Source: Lytechinus pictus (lineage: Eukaryota). Taken from it: 64,000 nt of DNA. This document shows, piece by piece, positions 50,665 through 64,000 of this stretch. Position 1 is the stretch's first letter. Each line of letters starts with the position of its first letter. Under the pieces are notes generated by a model. It made no database searches, was not told where the DNA came from, and saw only the letters and a program-made list of their open reading frames with translations. Where the stretch lies: assembly GCF_037042905.1 (NCBI RefSeq), contig NC_087250.1, positions 18,354,001 through 18,418,000 of the forward strand, in the 5' to 3' direction. A program made the position numbers and the translations under genes.

Positions 50665-53600
50665 AGTCTGCAGGCGCAGACCTTTGGTTTTTGCAATTCA
50701 CACAGTCCATAATTAAGAGTCTGAAGTAGTGAGACTAGATTCAGTATGTACTATGGCTACCTCTTGTTCAATACAGATGGAGAGTTTGGAGTCTAGTTTT
50801 CACTCGATACATAATTGGTTTAAGTATCAAATTTGAGTAAAAATATACCCCGACTAGTGAGGAGAGCTTCATAACAGAAACTAGTTTTTCTTTTAGTCAT
50901 CCTCAGGCACTAGTCGGTGGTAATTTATTCCTATTGTATATATTCTTATTGTCTTTTGCCTGGAAATAAAATAAATAAATAAATAAATTTGAGTCTAAAT
51001 GTCAAATTTGAGTCTGTGCTTGCAGAATAGAAAGATAAAGCAAAGCAAAAAATGTAAAGGGTCATTTTCACTGACTACATTGCTCTGAAGCAATCACATG
51101 CAAGGATTTCAGTAGCTTACAACAAAGAGTCAGTGAAAATCACTGATCATTTTTTTCATGAAATGCTCCCACGGACTGTAAAAGCTCAGCATCGTTGATT
51201 TTCCTGTACAAGGGGAGTAGGATCCAAAATGGCTTATATTCATGTACTTTTCTGATAGCCTACATTAGTAAGCAAGTAATCACAATTGGAGATAGTTGAT
51301 GGGTGAACTATCACTTACGAGGCAAGCTGGATGTAGCTATCTTTCCAAATAGTCTGGTCTGTTAGCGGAATTATGTGGACACGGTGGACAAAAGCATGAT
51401 TTTTTCTCCAGACCTTTGTTTATGTATGAGAATTAAAAATGGGGTATGCTCCAAAAAATCTGGCTGCAGGAACAGTGAAAAAATGGGTGAAAATGTCAGA
51501 ATTTATGAGTTTAGATTGGTCTGATATATAGACTAGCGCTAGTGCAAAACTCAATAGCAGTGCATTATTTTGCATTGGTTTAGTTCTTAAATTCAGACCC
51601 TTTTTGAACAGATATTTTGTTTGTCCTCACATCTCAATGCACTAAATATCTGAATGCAGATGCTAAACAAGCCAAAGGGTGGTGATGGAGGGGGTTGAAT
51701 GTTGGTGTGTATGTACATATTTTGGTCTTGGTGTAAAGATGTGCAAGACACATTTTTTTGCATGTGTTGGAAATTGTGTTGCCATGGTAACAGTGTATTA
51801 TGGCAAAAATAAGGTACAAATCTTGCAGTTAGAACTACTTCCTCTGTTGTCACCCGATTCTCATGAAATTTGGCACACACATTGGTCTTGAGGTGAAGAT
51901 GTCTAAGACACATTTTGTGTGTCTTTCAAAAATCTTGTTACCATGGTAACAACATATTATTTGGTGAAAATTGGGGAAAAAATTACAATTCAAACTGCTT
52001 CATCAGTTTTAAATCAATTCTCATGAAATTTGACACACACATTGGTATTAGAGTAAAGATGTACAAGGCACTTTTTGTATGTGTTTCATAAATTGTGTTG
52101 CCATGGTAACAACATATTATATGGCGAAATTTAGGTAAAAACCTTGCAATTTGAACAACTTCATCAGTTTTGAACCATTTCTCATGAAATTTGGCTCATA
52201 CATTTGCTTTGAGGTAAAGATGTGCAAGAACCATTTTATGTGTGCATTTGTCAGAGTATATTGCCATGGTAACCACATATGATAGCCAGAAATGCAGGAA
52301 AACTCATTGTGGATCAAACAACTTCCCCTTTTTTTAGTCAGTGCTCATAAAAGTTGGAAGAAATATTCATCTTTGGGTAAAGATTCATATTAAATTCTAA
52401 ACTGCATTAAAATATATGAGTGTGGGGGTATTAATCACCTTCAGTAATATTTCTAGGTTTTGGGGGAGGAGCGGGATTGGTCCTTAAAATCTGACCTCAA
52501 AATAAAGGTTAAAGGCGGTGTCCATTAACACTCTTGAAATAAGCATCCCCTCAAGGGCATAGGCTGGGGGTACACTGGGTGAATGTGAAACCTTCCGCTC
52601 TGGCAAAGGAGTTCCAACACTGGCAAGCAAAACAAAATGTGTACCCCATCTACTTTCAACGGCTGATTTTTCAAACCTTAGTTCCACCTTCCCAAGATGT
52701 GCATCCCTCCCCATACCACTTCTATCTCCCTATGCTCAACCAGTCTACGCCTTTGCCCCTCAGGGGTCTTTGTATTTTAAAGCGAGACATTACTCCCTTT
52801 TTTTTGGGGGGGGGGGGTAATTATGACTAAGAACTTAACCCCCCCCCCGCAAACAAATGGGGCTGATATATTTTTTGAGCAGAAAAATGCCCCCCCCCCC
52901 ATTAAAAGGTAAGAAGATTCATTTGCACTTCAGAGTTCAGACCATTCATTTGATGTTTAATGCATTCTGCTTTGGTAAAAAATTGTTTACAGTAGCCAAT
53001 TAATCATTGTTTATTTATATTCTCATACTCAGTCTTTTATTCATATTCCATTCCTACTCTTTCTTTTTAACTATATCACATCACTCTTGATTTTGAGCTT
53101 CACCATACCATCTTATGTTTCCTCTCTCCTTTTTTTACCCTCTCTTCTCTCCAAGTATATTTTTTCTGACATATTATAAAGTGAACCTTTAATCATGCAA
53201 CTAATTATATAAATATATATATTTATATATACAAAAATCTCTGCACTTGTTTTAAAAATTCACTTGCAAATCCATGACTCAATAGCATACCATATCAAAA
53301 ATATGCATATGTGCACAATAATTTTTTGCCTTCAATTTTATTTCATTTAATTTTTTCAGTATAATTGTCAAAAATGAATATTATGTTTCAGTAGCAAAAT
53401 TGTTGGATGCAAGATCTGACTGTCACAAAAAATGCAAATAATTTTGCATTGGAGTAAGGACGAACGTATTCACTGTTCATTGAGCAAATGATGACTTTTA
53501 TTTCTCTACATATATTCTAGTCATATCCCTTTCAGATGGTGGTAACTGCAGGAATGGGAAAACTCAGTGATATAACTAAAATTTTCACAGAGGATTTTCG

Positions 53601-54460
53601 GAAAACAACTAAATCCATTTTTTTTCAAGCAACAGTTATTCCATTCTGAATGCTGCAACTATGAATTTGATGCACCTTTACCGAAATATAATATCATGAC
53701 AGCCATTTCTTCAATTCTTTAAACTAGACATTAAATATAGCTAATAGTATTATTTAGGACAGAGTGTAGCCAAAATAGAGTTTAGAAGATTATGAAGAAA
53801 AGAATAAATGTCATGGTATTATATTTCAGTGTAGGTGTAAGCATTCAAAATGGAATAATTGTTGCTAGATAATAATGAATTAAAATAGCAAAAAAAAATG
53901 TACTTAGAGAGGGAGAAAAAGAGGGGGGGGGGGAGGAAACAAAACAAGAAGGTATGGTAAAGCTCTAAAGTGCAAAAAGTGCAAAAAGTGATGTAAGAAA
54001 GTCAGAGTAAACACTGAAATGAACAAAGACTGAGTAGAAGGAGATAAATAAAACGTTGATTAATTGGGCACCGGAAATGATCTTTTATCAAACCAGAATG
54101 ATTTAGGCTTTAAATTAATACGCTGAAGTGTAAAGGATTTTTCTTCCCCCCTTTTTTTTTTTTTTTTTTTTTTTTTTTGGGGGGGGGGGTCAGTTCCTAG
54201 CTGTAATTATTTCCTTTTACTCTTTATGTGGCAATTTTCTAAAGGCCCCCCCCCCAAAAAAAAAAAAAAAAAAAAAAATGGAAGGGGTGCTTTCTTTAAG
54301 AGTGTTTAAGTTCCTAATGGCCATGTCCTTTAACCTTCTATATTTTTATGTTGTCAGTTTTTAAGGACCTCCTTCGCCCCCACCCCCCAAAAAAAGAACC
54401 TATAAATATTATTGAAGGTGATTAATACCATGAATACCCTGCGCTATTTTATGATGTTAA

Positions 54461-55032
54461 AGGGGAATCCAAACCAGATAAACACTTGTTTTTATGAGGA
54501 AAAGAAAAAATCAGACAATAGGTCAAAGTTTGAACAATATCGGACAAACCATAAGAAAGTTGTGAATATATAAAAGTTGTAAACATTGGTAATCACTATA
54601 TACCCATGAAGACTTCAAATTGGCCGCACATGTGATGTCATAATGATGTAAGGGAAGGACCACTCTTCCATGTACAGAAATAATTAATTGACTAAAATTT
54701 CTTTTTCAAAAGTTTTACTTCAAATTGTATCTTTCTTTCATGAGGACATAAAGCATTATACTAACAGGTTTATATTACGGCCCCAATGAAATTTAGGAGA
54801 AAACCAAAAATCAAAGTACAAGGCCAATGGGAAAGTTGTCCTTGCGGCCTCACCCCTTGTCATAATTTACTTACCCATTATCAATTTGAAATCTACATAC
54901 TAGTAGCCTTAGGGATCTTAATTTTAAAGCAGCCATAACTTTATTTTGCTTGTCCGATTGCTTTCAAACTTTCACCATTCTTATTTTTCTCCTTTTCCAC
55001 ACAACATTTTATGACCAAGGCTGGATTCTCCT
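54461..55032. mobile_element. Kolobok-like MITE nested in the intronic foldback
   Basis: TTAA|aggggaatcca...tggattctcct|TTAA. Confidence 0.8.
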
Positions 55033-55535
55033 TTAACACTGAATGTGAATTTTTACCCAAAATGAATATTTGTGTAAACTTTTCTGAGCACAGGCTGAAA
55101 ACTGAGAAGTAGATTGATCCACAATTGATGAGTTTTCCCTGCATTTCTGGCTATATGTGGTTATCAAGGCAATGCACTCTCTGACAAATGAAAAAAAAAA
55201 AAGGTTCTTGCACATCTTTATCTCAAGGCCAATGTGTGAGCCATATCATGCATGAGAATTGGTTTGAAACTGATGAAGTAGTTCAAATTGCAAGGTTTTT
55301 ACCTAAATTTTGCCATATAATATGTTGTTACCATGGCAACATAATTTCTGAAACAATCACAAAAAGTGCCTTGTACATCTTTACTTTAATACCAATGTGT
55401 GTGCAAAATTTCATGAGAATTGATTTAAAACTGATGAAGCAGTTTGAATTGTAAGGTTTTTTCCCCAATTTTCACTAAATGTTATGTTGTTACCATGGCA
55501 ACAAAATTTCTGAAAGACACACAAAATGTGTCTTA

Positions 55536-55952
55536 AGGCCACCGCACACCTTACGACTGGCCTGCGACCCGATTTCAGAATAAAATGTAATAAAATTCGA
55601 TGCTAATTATTGAGACTTGGAATATCTTACTGTGTAATGTTCGAAATCATCGTACGAATACCTATGATCAAATTTGTGACTATGCTATCATCCTTCTTAG
55701 AATAAAAGCGAATTTAATATCTAGTCGTAATGACGTCATAGCAGTCTTACGATTGGCTACGATTTGAACCTAATTTTGACTTTACTCCAAAATAAGGGCT
55801 TGCAATCTTTCAAAATTGTTATAATATTACTATTTCAATTAATTTCAACCTCAGATAAAACGATATGTTCCATTCACATCTTCAGAAAATGAGCAAAATG
55901 CGATTTGTTCCTAAATCGGGTCGCAGACCAGTCGTAAGGTGTGCGGTCGCCT
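55536..55952. mobile_element. PIF/Harbinger-like MITE nested in the right arm of the intronic foldback
   Basis: TIR aggccaccgcacaccttacgactgg/ccagtcgtaaggtgtgcggtcgcct; TSD TTA. The empty site is preserved in the left arm (~51905). Confidence 0.9.
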
Positions 55953-58621
55953 TTAGACATCTTCACCTCAAGACCAATGTGTGTGCCAAATTTCATGAGA
56001 ATCGGATGAAAACAGAGGAAGTAGTTCTAACTGCAAGATTTGTAACCTTATTTTGCCATAATACACTGTTACCATGGCAACACATGCAAAAAATGTGTCT
56101 TGCACATCTTTACACCAAGACCAAAATATGTACATACACACCAACATTCAACCCCCTCCACCGCCACCCTTCGGCTTGTTTAGCATCTGCATTCAGATAT
56201 TTAGTGCATTGAGATGTGAGGACAAACAAAATATCTGTTCAAAAAGGGTCTGAATTCAAGAACTAAACCAATGCAAAATAATGCACTGCTATTGAGTTTT
56301 GCACTAGCGCTAGTCTATATATCAGACCAATCTAAACTCATAAATTCTGACATTTTCACCCATTTTTTCACTGTTCCTGCAGCCAGATTTTTTGGAGCAT
56401 ACCCCATTTTTAATTCTTATACATAAACAAAGGTCTGGAGGAAAAATCATGCTTTTGTCCACTGTGTCCACAAGTAGGGTGTTTTTTACGCTAACAGACC
56501 TGACTAAAAGGGAAGCTGAGGATTGATAGCGAGTACATCCAGCTTGCCGAGAAAGTGATAGTTTGCCTCGTCACCTGAAATAAAGAGGTGATTATATGCT
56601 TTATATTCCGCATCGAGAACCACTATAAATGATCAGCAAAACAAAAAAGGTCCATCACTGCGAGTGATGATTGATGGGGAACTTACCCTTTGTCATGTGA
56701 CCAACTTCTGACCAATCCTATAGCAAGATTCGTAGTATGTGGAATATAATACACAACCACATAGGACTCCCATGGAAGAACAGCGGTTCATGATGGGCTA
56801 TGGCTTAACTTTAATTTGTGATTTAATCATCCATGTCCTTTGCTATTTCTTTCTATCATAACATGCATGTTTGTGCAACACACATATATTTAGATTATGC
56901 TGTCTAAGTTTATGTGTATATTTATTTTTTGTTGTGAATTTCGGAGAATAAATACCTTCAAGTTTATTTATATTTTGCTGTATATGTTCTGATTTACATA
57001 TGCTTTTTTATTGTGAATTTTAGAGGATTATTATGTAACAGGTCAAAATGAACTGTTTAATGGAAATTCATATATTTTCATAACTCTTAATTATTTGTCT
57101 GTAAGTAATAGATGCCTTCACAGGAAGTTCACAGGAAGTAGTAGAAAGTAGAAATGTTTAACAATCTTCATGCTTTTTAAGAAGTATGATTCACACTCTT
57201 TCTGGGTAAGAGTGATGCTGAATGGTCTTTGGGTCAAAACATCACATTCCAGAGCTATGAGCTTGTATGACGTAGATAATTATGGTCAAGGCTTAGCATC
57301 TGTGAATGGAGAGTGATAACTGCATAAAAGGGAGAGAGGATTTTACTGCAATTCACTCCTGCACTGCACCCCATTCATGGGGCAGGCAGAGAGGCTTCTT
57401 CATTTTCGGGTCAGAATTATAGGTAAGATAATTATCTTATTTTGTCAATTCTGTTAGTTTTGAATAATAGTTTATAAAGTTGGTTCACAATGTATTTTAT
57501 ATTGTTTTGAATAAGAGTTTAGGTTATATTAAAGTGCTATCTTTGCTAGCATAGCATGTTGTCTGTCTTATTTTAAAGGGGTTTTGTGAATTTAATAATC
57601 TGTCTTTGTTACTTCAGATGATTTTTATGTCATTTTGTTATATTTTGTATAATTACCTGTACTTGTATACTTGTAGTTATAAACATAAAAATGTGTTCGG
57701 TTCTAATCTTATAGTGAAACGATTTAGTAAAATGATAGAGTTAAATATTTTGGTTAGATTGATTTTGGTTATTGAATTGTTAATTCAATGTTTCAGTTTT
57801 GTGTTTTCAGAGTAAAGGGTCACAATGATTGCTTACTATGTGTAATAATTGTTATTTTCCTTTTAAAGGTATTTAACATGACATTCATGTAGCGGGTGAG
57901 GCTCTCACCAGAGGAAATATGGTCCTCTAGGCCAGATTGCCAGGGTGAGTGGTTATCATTTATTAACCACTGTATTTCAATGTTAATTTGTTGGCATATT
58001 TTAATTGTTGTATTTCATTTCTTTGTTGGAAGAGTTATCCATAACGATGGAGGAACTGAATTTGTGATTAGATGAGTTGAATTCAGGCAATATTGATTAA
58101 GTTTAATGAATGGATATAGACAACATGTTTATCATTTATTATTACGAGTCTACTTGACGTCATATTGATGAATGTTTATCTTAGAGTCACAAGCAAATAT
58201 TTCTATTTTGTGCATTTTTTTCAAACATATCATAATTCTATTAAATTGTTTTGTTCTTATTGGTTTTTGCAGGGTTTTCTTTATCTTTTGTTCTTGTACT
58301 TGGAATTTTGTATAAAACGATCCATCGATATTAAACGAACCGAAACACAAGGAATGGTGTTGTGTGTCATCTTTCTGCATCAGTTTCCACGTGTTACAAT
58401 TATATACACACACAAGAAATACAATTAAATGTCTGATAACAAGTATTAAGCAAAAAATATTGTTTTGTATTTGGGGCTACTTTTTACGACCTTCTGTGTA
58501 AATCTCCAACACTGGAGAAGCTTTGAATTGCAGTAAATGGGTATTTTTCAGAGCTCATTTTTATTTTTCAGGCTCTTTTTGAACATTTCGGAGGGGAAAT
58601 GGCCTTGAGCCCCCTTACCCC

Positions 58622-59122
58622 AGGGGCGGTATTCTGAAAATGTTCTTATCTCAAATATATTTACATCTACGTCACGATCTCAAACATGTATTCTGAAAAC
58701 GTTCTTATCTTTGCTCTCTTTACAACCTATGCCGAGAGAACTTACTGAGAGTGTAAATCTATAACCTGCACATATAATACCAATGCACGCTAAAAAGATA
58801 AGAACATAATGTGCATGTGGTATTCTGAATATCGCAAAACCGTGTAATTACGCCGGTAATTAGTATACGTGCGTATACATGCAATATTCTCTTGACATAA
58901 GGAATGTTTCTATTGATTAAACTGCCAATATAAAGTGCATTTTGATTGGTAATATCTAATAAAACAGGCGTGTTGAAGATGGGGAAAGGGGCAGTACTTA
59001 CAGAGATAAGACCGCGTTAAAAAAGATTTTCAGAATACTGATTTGCAATGATTTTAGCGTCTTCCTATTCTTATCTCAGTGAGATAATACAAAAGATAAG
59101 AACGTTTTCAGAATATTCCCCT
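58622..59122. mobile_element. Harbinger-like MITE
   Basis: ggggcggtattctgaaaatgttcttatct / agataagaacgttttcagaatattcccc. Confidence 0.7.
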
Positions 59123-59166
59123 ACTCTTTATGTAACCCCACCCCCCCCCCCCCCTTTGTCTCTTAC

Positions 59167-59284
59167 CTGGTGTCTTGTAGCGTATTCTGGCAGGTGTGAC
59201 GTAGGCTAGTTTTCCTGGGGTCCGGAATGCTATCCGTAGAGGGGTGTGACTCGTTCCCTGGGGGCCAGGGGTTGAAGCATTCCT
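59167..59284 (-). CDS. MASTL: Greatwall kinase exon (TP-rich end of the non-conserved middle region)
   Basis: ttatag|RNASTPGPQGTSHTPLRIAFRTPGKLAYVTPARIRYKTP|gtaaga. Phase 0 to 1 exactly bridges the neighbouring exons; not present in the ORF track. Confidence 0.85.
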
Positions 59285-60003
59285 CTATAAGATTCAGGAG
59301 AAAATAGAATGTAGAAAATGGCAGGGTGAGAAAAAATATTTAAGAGGGTGTATTTTTCACCTTTGGATGAATGCTGAATTTGGGGGCTAGTTTTTGCATG
59401 ATCTCCAATCACACAGTTAATGCAAATACCATTATTATGCTGTGTATAGGAAATTGAATTTCTATATATACTTTAATGTTACTGTGGCAGGCGTAGAGGT
59501 GACTCTAGTAAAGACAGTCATTTTGTAGCATTCTATTTGATCTTTTTTTTTGGGGGGGGTGTGATGAGGGCAAAATCGCTTGTTGCACTCATTAATTTCC
59601 AATGCGGGAGGGGGAATTCTTAGGGTTGACATTTTTTATAACTTTTCGACCCTGAGTTGGATTAGGTTGATTGAAGTAATATCTACTTTTCCGAACCTCA
59701 TCCGAGAGATAAATAGAATTACGAGGCAGATTTCTTGTCTATTAACACATTAAAGCTCTCATTTTCAACACTACAATGAGAAGTGATATACAATGTGATG
59801 AGCTCACAGGACTGTCTACTCTGACGGTCACAATTCTTCAACCTAATCATCTCTCTGATATTTCAGTGCTTCGCTGATATAGAGGGATGTTCGAGATTTG
59901 ATTTCATAGCCAAGAAATACATAATATGAAATATTAAGGAAACAACTCATTCTAATAAAGCATTAGGCCTTATTCGTGATAAGATTGATAGAATTTAACT
60001 CAC

Positions 60004-61527
60004 TGGTTTGATGCTCAGCCTCGCGGGTTCATCCGGTGAAAAGTTTGTAAGGTCAGACAAAGCACTCCTCTCCTGCTGATCACATGACTTCACACTGCAA
60101 TTTGATTGGTGGGACAACATACTGTGACTCCTCCCATCCTCCGTCTGACTTGACATCATCTGACCCTTCGGGTGTTCATTATCATGGCCAGACGGCGACA
60201 AGCCAACTGGTATTTTCAAATCCGATGCTTCAGACGCGTGATCTACACTGACTTCCAGGTCAAAGCTGACGTTCTTCTTTCCAGATGACCTCCGAACTTT
60301 GACACCTTCTTTCTCTGCATGGCCAGCAGTCGATGACCTTGATGCATCCAGATCAAGTCCTGAGAGACTGCTGTCACTGTTTTCTGGACCAAATGAGGAA
60401 CTAAGTCTTGATCTGTTGCGACCAACAGGATCTTCTCCTGAACTGACATTGTCATGTCCAGGAATGTCTGCTACTTCTTTGTGACTGGACTGTCCCCGAT
60501 CAAGCTGTGCATGTTCTGAGTCAAAGCCATCCGTCGTCCAATCTGAAGTAATAGATTCGATACTCTTGTCACCAACTAGACCAGATTCATTAGAGCCATG
60601 TCTATCATGTTGAACTGTACTTCTCATTGAGGCATCATTGTTGCTGATAATATCCTCCAAGTCTTGGCCAGTGGACGTTCTTGATGCACTTCCGTAGCAA
60701 CTGTCCCGGTTGATTTGTCCTTGCAAGTCTACTTTGCCAACCATCTCTGAACCTTCTGGGGCTACTTCTTCCATGCTTTTGTCTCGTCTTGACTCCATAT
60801 CCTGAAGACTAAGGCTACTGTCGAGGCTTCCTGTATCACTGAGCCTGTTCCCATGACCATCTGTGTTTGACTCGTCATCTTCATCTGCCACAAACAGTTT
60901 AAGACTCAGCCCCCGGATCTCTGACGTCAAACCGCTGTGAGAGCCAGATCTCAGCATCCTGATGCAGCCTTTGGGTGGCTGTAACACTGGGCTCATCTCA
61001 ACCTCAGAGAGATGTCTCTTCTTGCCCCGAGCACTGCTTCCTGATCCTATCGCTACAACATCTTCAGTTGGTGAGGAAGCTGTGGAGTACCCCTTCTGCA
61101 ATGGTTGTTGATCAGCCTCAGGACCTGACCGTCTCCGTTCATCGCTGAAGCTTAAATGAATCGAGGGTCGACTCACAGGTGCCCGCCCTACTGGAGTCTC
61201 AAACACAACGTCTCTGGCTCGTCCTGGCTGTCTCGCAGCCATACTCCCAACTCGACCTGAACTCTGACCTTCAGATCCTAGAACTTTCTGGAGATATCCT
61301 GAACCCTGAGACCTTTCATTTGTAGATCTTATCCTCTCTGAGAGACATACACTTACACCGTCGGTTCCACGATGCGAATCATTATCGTGGGAGGTTTGGT
61401 GAGGATGCTCACCATAACTACTGGGGCGGAGCAGGCCTTGTCTGCTGACGGCTGTAAGGAGAGGTGAGGACAGTGGAGTGTGTCTTAGATGACGGGGCTT
61501 CTCCTCAAGCGCTGCTCCTGGAGTGTC
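60004..61527 (-). CDS. MASTL: Greatwall kinase large exon (508 codons, Ser-rich non-conserved middle region)
   Basis: Lies within the 524-aa ORF; acceptor ttgcag|GAC, donor CCA|GTGAGT. Contains SGLTSEI, resembling the conserved TGLT motif of the Greatwall insert. Confidence 0.88.
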
Positions 61528-62219
61528 CTGCAATGAATAAGGACGGTATGAAAACCTGAACTTGTGCATATGCTCTTCATGATTTACATCTTTTTACATC
61601 CGCGATCACGACAAAAATTGGCAGGCGTGTTACCCATGGCATAGTCTACAAAACTATAAGATCAAATTCTGCGAAAAATCTCATTGCTAATTAATTATGC
61701 TAATTTATGCATAAAATCAAAAGTTTGCTCAACTTAACTATAATACCCTTATAATGCTAATTTTTGGTTCACACTCTTTATAAGAATCTGATCAAATGGA
61801 CTTTAAAAAAATTTCAACATCACATTTATTTTCCTATGTATTTTATTGTTTTCTAAATTTCTTATGGGCATTTTCACCACAGATGGACACAGAGGCAAAA
61901 AAATCAAGTAGATATTCATGTCAAATGCTTTATGTTTTTTAATAAAACAAGACCTGAAGTTTCTGAGACAAATTTTTTTCCGACTCTGGCAGCCATTTTT
62001 TATTTCAAAATGGCTGCCAAAGTATGGATACAAATTAGTGTTGAAAATAGTATATTGATACATATTTTGTTTTGACAGATTTTTAAAGAACAGGTTTGAT
62101 CATGATGTTTTCGCCTGTGATTTAGCTTGCTATTATAACACTTTTTAAAATCCCACAGAAAGGAACACCAGTAATTCATTCATCTGATAAAAAAACATTG
62201 ATGAAGTATGTGATATGGT

Positions 62220-63990
62220 ATGTAATGTCAGTTACCGAAAACATGAACTTTTTTTTCTCATTTCCTGGAAAAGAGGATATATTATATGAAACTTGGTAGA
62301 TTTCCTCTCTAGGTAACACCCCTCCCTTCTACACCAAAATTAAAGATTACCAATTAACAATGAAGCCATAGGGTACCATTAAATATATGTAATGTCAGTT
62401 ACCAAGTGGAAAATGTAATGTCAGTTACCGAGATGTAATGTCAGTTACCATGATAAAACGTTGGTTACCAATATTGAAATGCAAATATGTGGTAAATTTT
62501 ATGGTGAAGAAATATTGTATACTTGTTATTTAAGTCTTTCACTTTAAAAGTCACACCAGAAGGAGCTTGCTATTGACTTTTAAAAGGTATAGTTCACAAG
62601 GAATACTATATGAAATTATGAAGGAAGTTGCATTCCCATCTTGCAAAAAAAATTACTGTGAAATTGTTTTGTACATGCACTTACCAAGTACCTAATTGTT
62701 TGTATCAGACAATTTTTTGTTTGGTTTTCGGGGGGGGGGGGGGGTAGGGGGTACTTTTCCCAACCTATTGCCTAAATCTGCAACATTTTTTAAGCTTAAC
62801 ATTGTGATGAAGGGGATTTCCAGGGTCCCTTTTTTAGTTTCTAGGATTCTTTTGAGCATTGCCTCGCTAAAAGTAAATTCCTGGTTTTTATACCTGTTAG
62901 TAGTGTGGATGTGTGATACAATTTTGTTTTTGGTTTACAAGTATAGATGAAAAGTGAAATTTGACAGTTCTGATCAATGTTGCATGGATCTACTAAAACT
63001 GTGGTTTTTTTTTCAATTTTACAAATAGTTCAGTTTCAGTTTAGAAGCTGGAGTTTATTTTTTGTTGACAGCTTATAAAACAAATTAGCAAAGAAAATGA
63101 TTAAACAAATTATGAAGAGAATTGAAATTGCTTGCACTGACCAGAATAGAAATCAATAAAACTACATGGCTGCATGAGATTCGGGGGAGGGGTACATGTA
63201 GCCTAGGGGAGGAGACCCTTATTCATTTTGCCTTTTTTGAGGGGAGGGGGAGGTTGGAGAAGGAAAAGGTTTAAAAAGTCAATATAAAACTGATGAATAT
63301 ATTATGGGTGTATAATCAGAAAAATCCATGTGTACAGTCAATGCAATATTAAATTACTATAGGAAAACATGTAGCTGCTATGACCCCCCCCCCCCCCCCC
63401 CCCGGAGTAAGTAAAACATACATTTCTTATCTTTGGATAATTAAAAATGTGAAGTATTATGAAACTTTTATGATTTTAAAAAGCCTTACATATAAGTACC
63501 AAGAAAATTATGCCTTTGAAAATCATATAGCACTAGTAAATGTTAATGTGTATATTGTCAGTTACCGACTAGTAATGATAAAAATGTTCAAATCAAAGAA
63601 AGGAATTAAGAAAAAGAAAAAGTTTTTTCATTGGATTGTTCCTAAAAACTTGGGTATACTTCCCCATCAAGCTCACTTTCATGTGAAGCCCTGCACAGAA
63701 GATACAATGCAATGATTCCACACATTTGACTTCCATGTGTTATCTCTATGGCAAATTAAGTGTAATGTCAGTTACCGTAATGTCAGTTACCAGCATGGTT
63801 GTGGAAAAATTATCATAGTCCCCAAAAGACAAAAACGAATTGTTTAATATTTTGACACATCTTAACCTAGTAACTGAGGTATATTTACATATTCAAATTA
63901 TTACTCTATCTACTCAGGGACATGAGATATTTCAATTTTAATGAACACCCTGAAATTGCATGTCCTTTTGCGTAATGTCAGTTACCGACA
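62220..63990 (+). repeat. Dispersed tgtaatgtcagttacc motif (about 8 copies), probably subterminal repeats of a DNA transposon
   Basis: Copies at ~62221, 62388, 62414, 62434, 63557, 63762, 63777 and 63973. Confidence 0.55.
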
Positions 63991-64000
63991 CATTTTTGCT

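Larger units (their letters stand above)
51350..56506. mobile_element. 5157-bp foldback element in a MASTL intron (TAGTC...GACTA termini, apparent 3-bp TSD AAA)
   Basis: tagtctggtctgttagcg / cgctaacagacctgacta. Arm 51375-52320 pairs with 55110-56470, and more diverged inner arms continue to ~53700. Confidence 0.8.
46340..61527 (-). other. MASTL: Greatwall kinase gene, 3' part (7 coding exons, 726 aa; the N-terminal kinase lobe lies beyond the window end)
   Basis: Spliced CDS 61527-60004, 59284-59167, 50561-50403, 50230-50117, 49084-48983, 47763-47653, 46392-46340 = 2181 nt. All introns are GT-AG and phase-consistent. A >500-aa insert before [13 protein letters not shown] is diagnostic of Greatwall. 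Confidence 0.93.

Noticed and set aside
61528..64000. Further upstream MASTL kinase exons
   Set aside because: No recognisable kinase N-lobe or DFG-region peptide found in any frame; presumably outside the window.

Overview
AT-rich eukaryotic DNA with spliceosomal introns, tRNA-derived SINEs and many MITEs; the repeat landscape suggests an invertebrate deuterostome such as a sea urchin (inference). (1) 128-32350 is a young tandem array of a ~3.26-kb unit built from transposon debris. Copies 1 and 2 are empty, copy 4 is partial, and copy 3 is inflated to ~23.9 kb by three independent large TIR insertions: 8064-11301 (3-bp TSD AGA), 12008-23170 (8-bp TSD CTCGAGCG) and 23303-29521 (6-bp TSD GGCTTT). 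The third is a ~4.4-kb foldback palindrome whose left tip was hit by a fourth, CCC...GGG element (23309-25128, 2-bp TSD AG). The empty sibling copies let every junction be read to the base. (2) 38534-41893 (+) holds a small secreted, non-canonical C-type-lectin-domain gene (183 aa, two coding exons). (3) 46340-61527 (-) holds the last seven coding exons of Greatwall kinase (MASTL), with all splice phases consistent. Its introns carry tandem decoy copies of one exon's acceptor and a 5.2-kb TAGTC...GACTA foldback element. No transposase, CRISPR array, rRNA or true tRNA was found.
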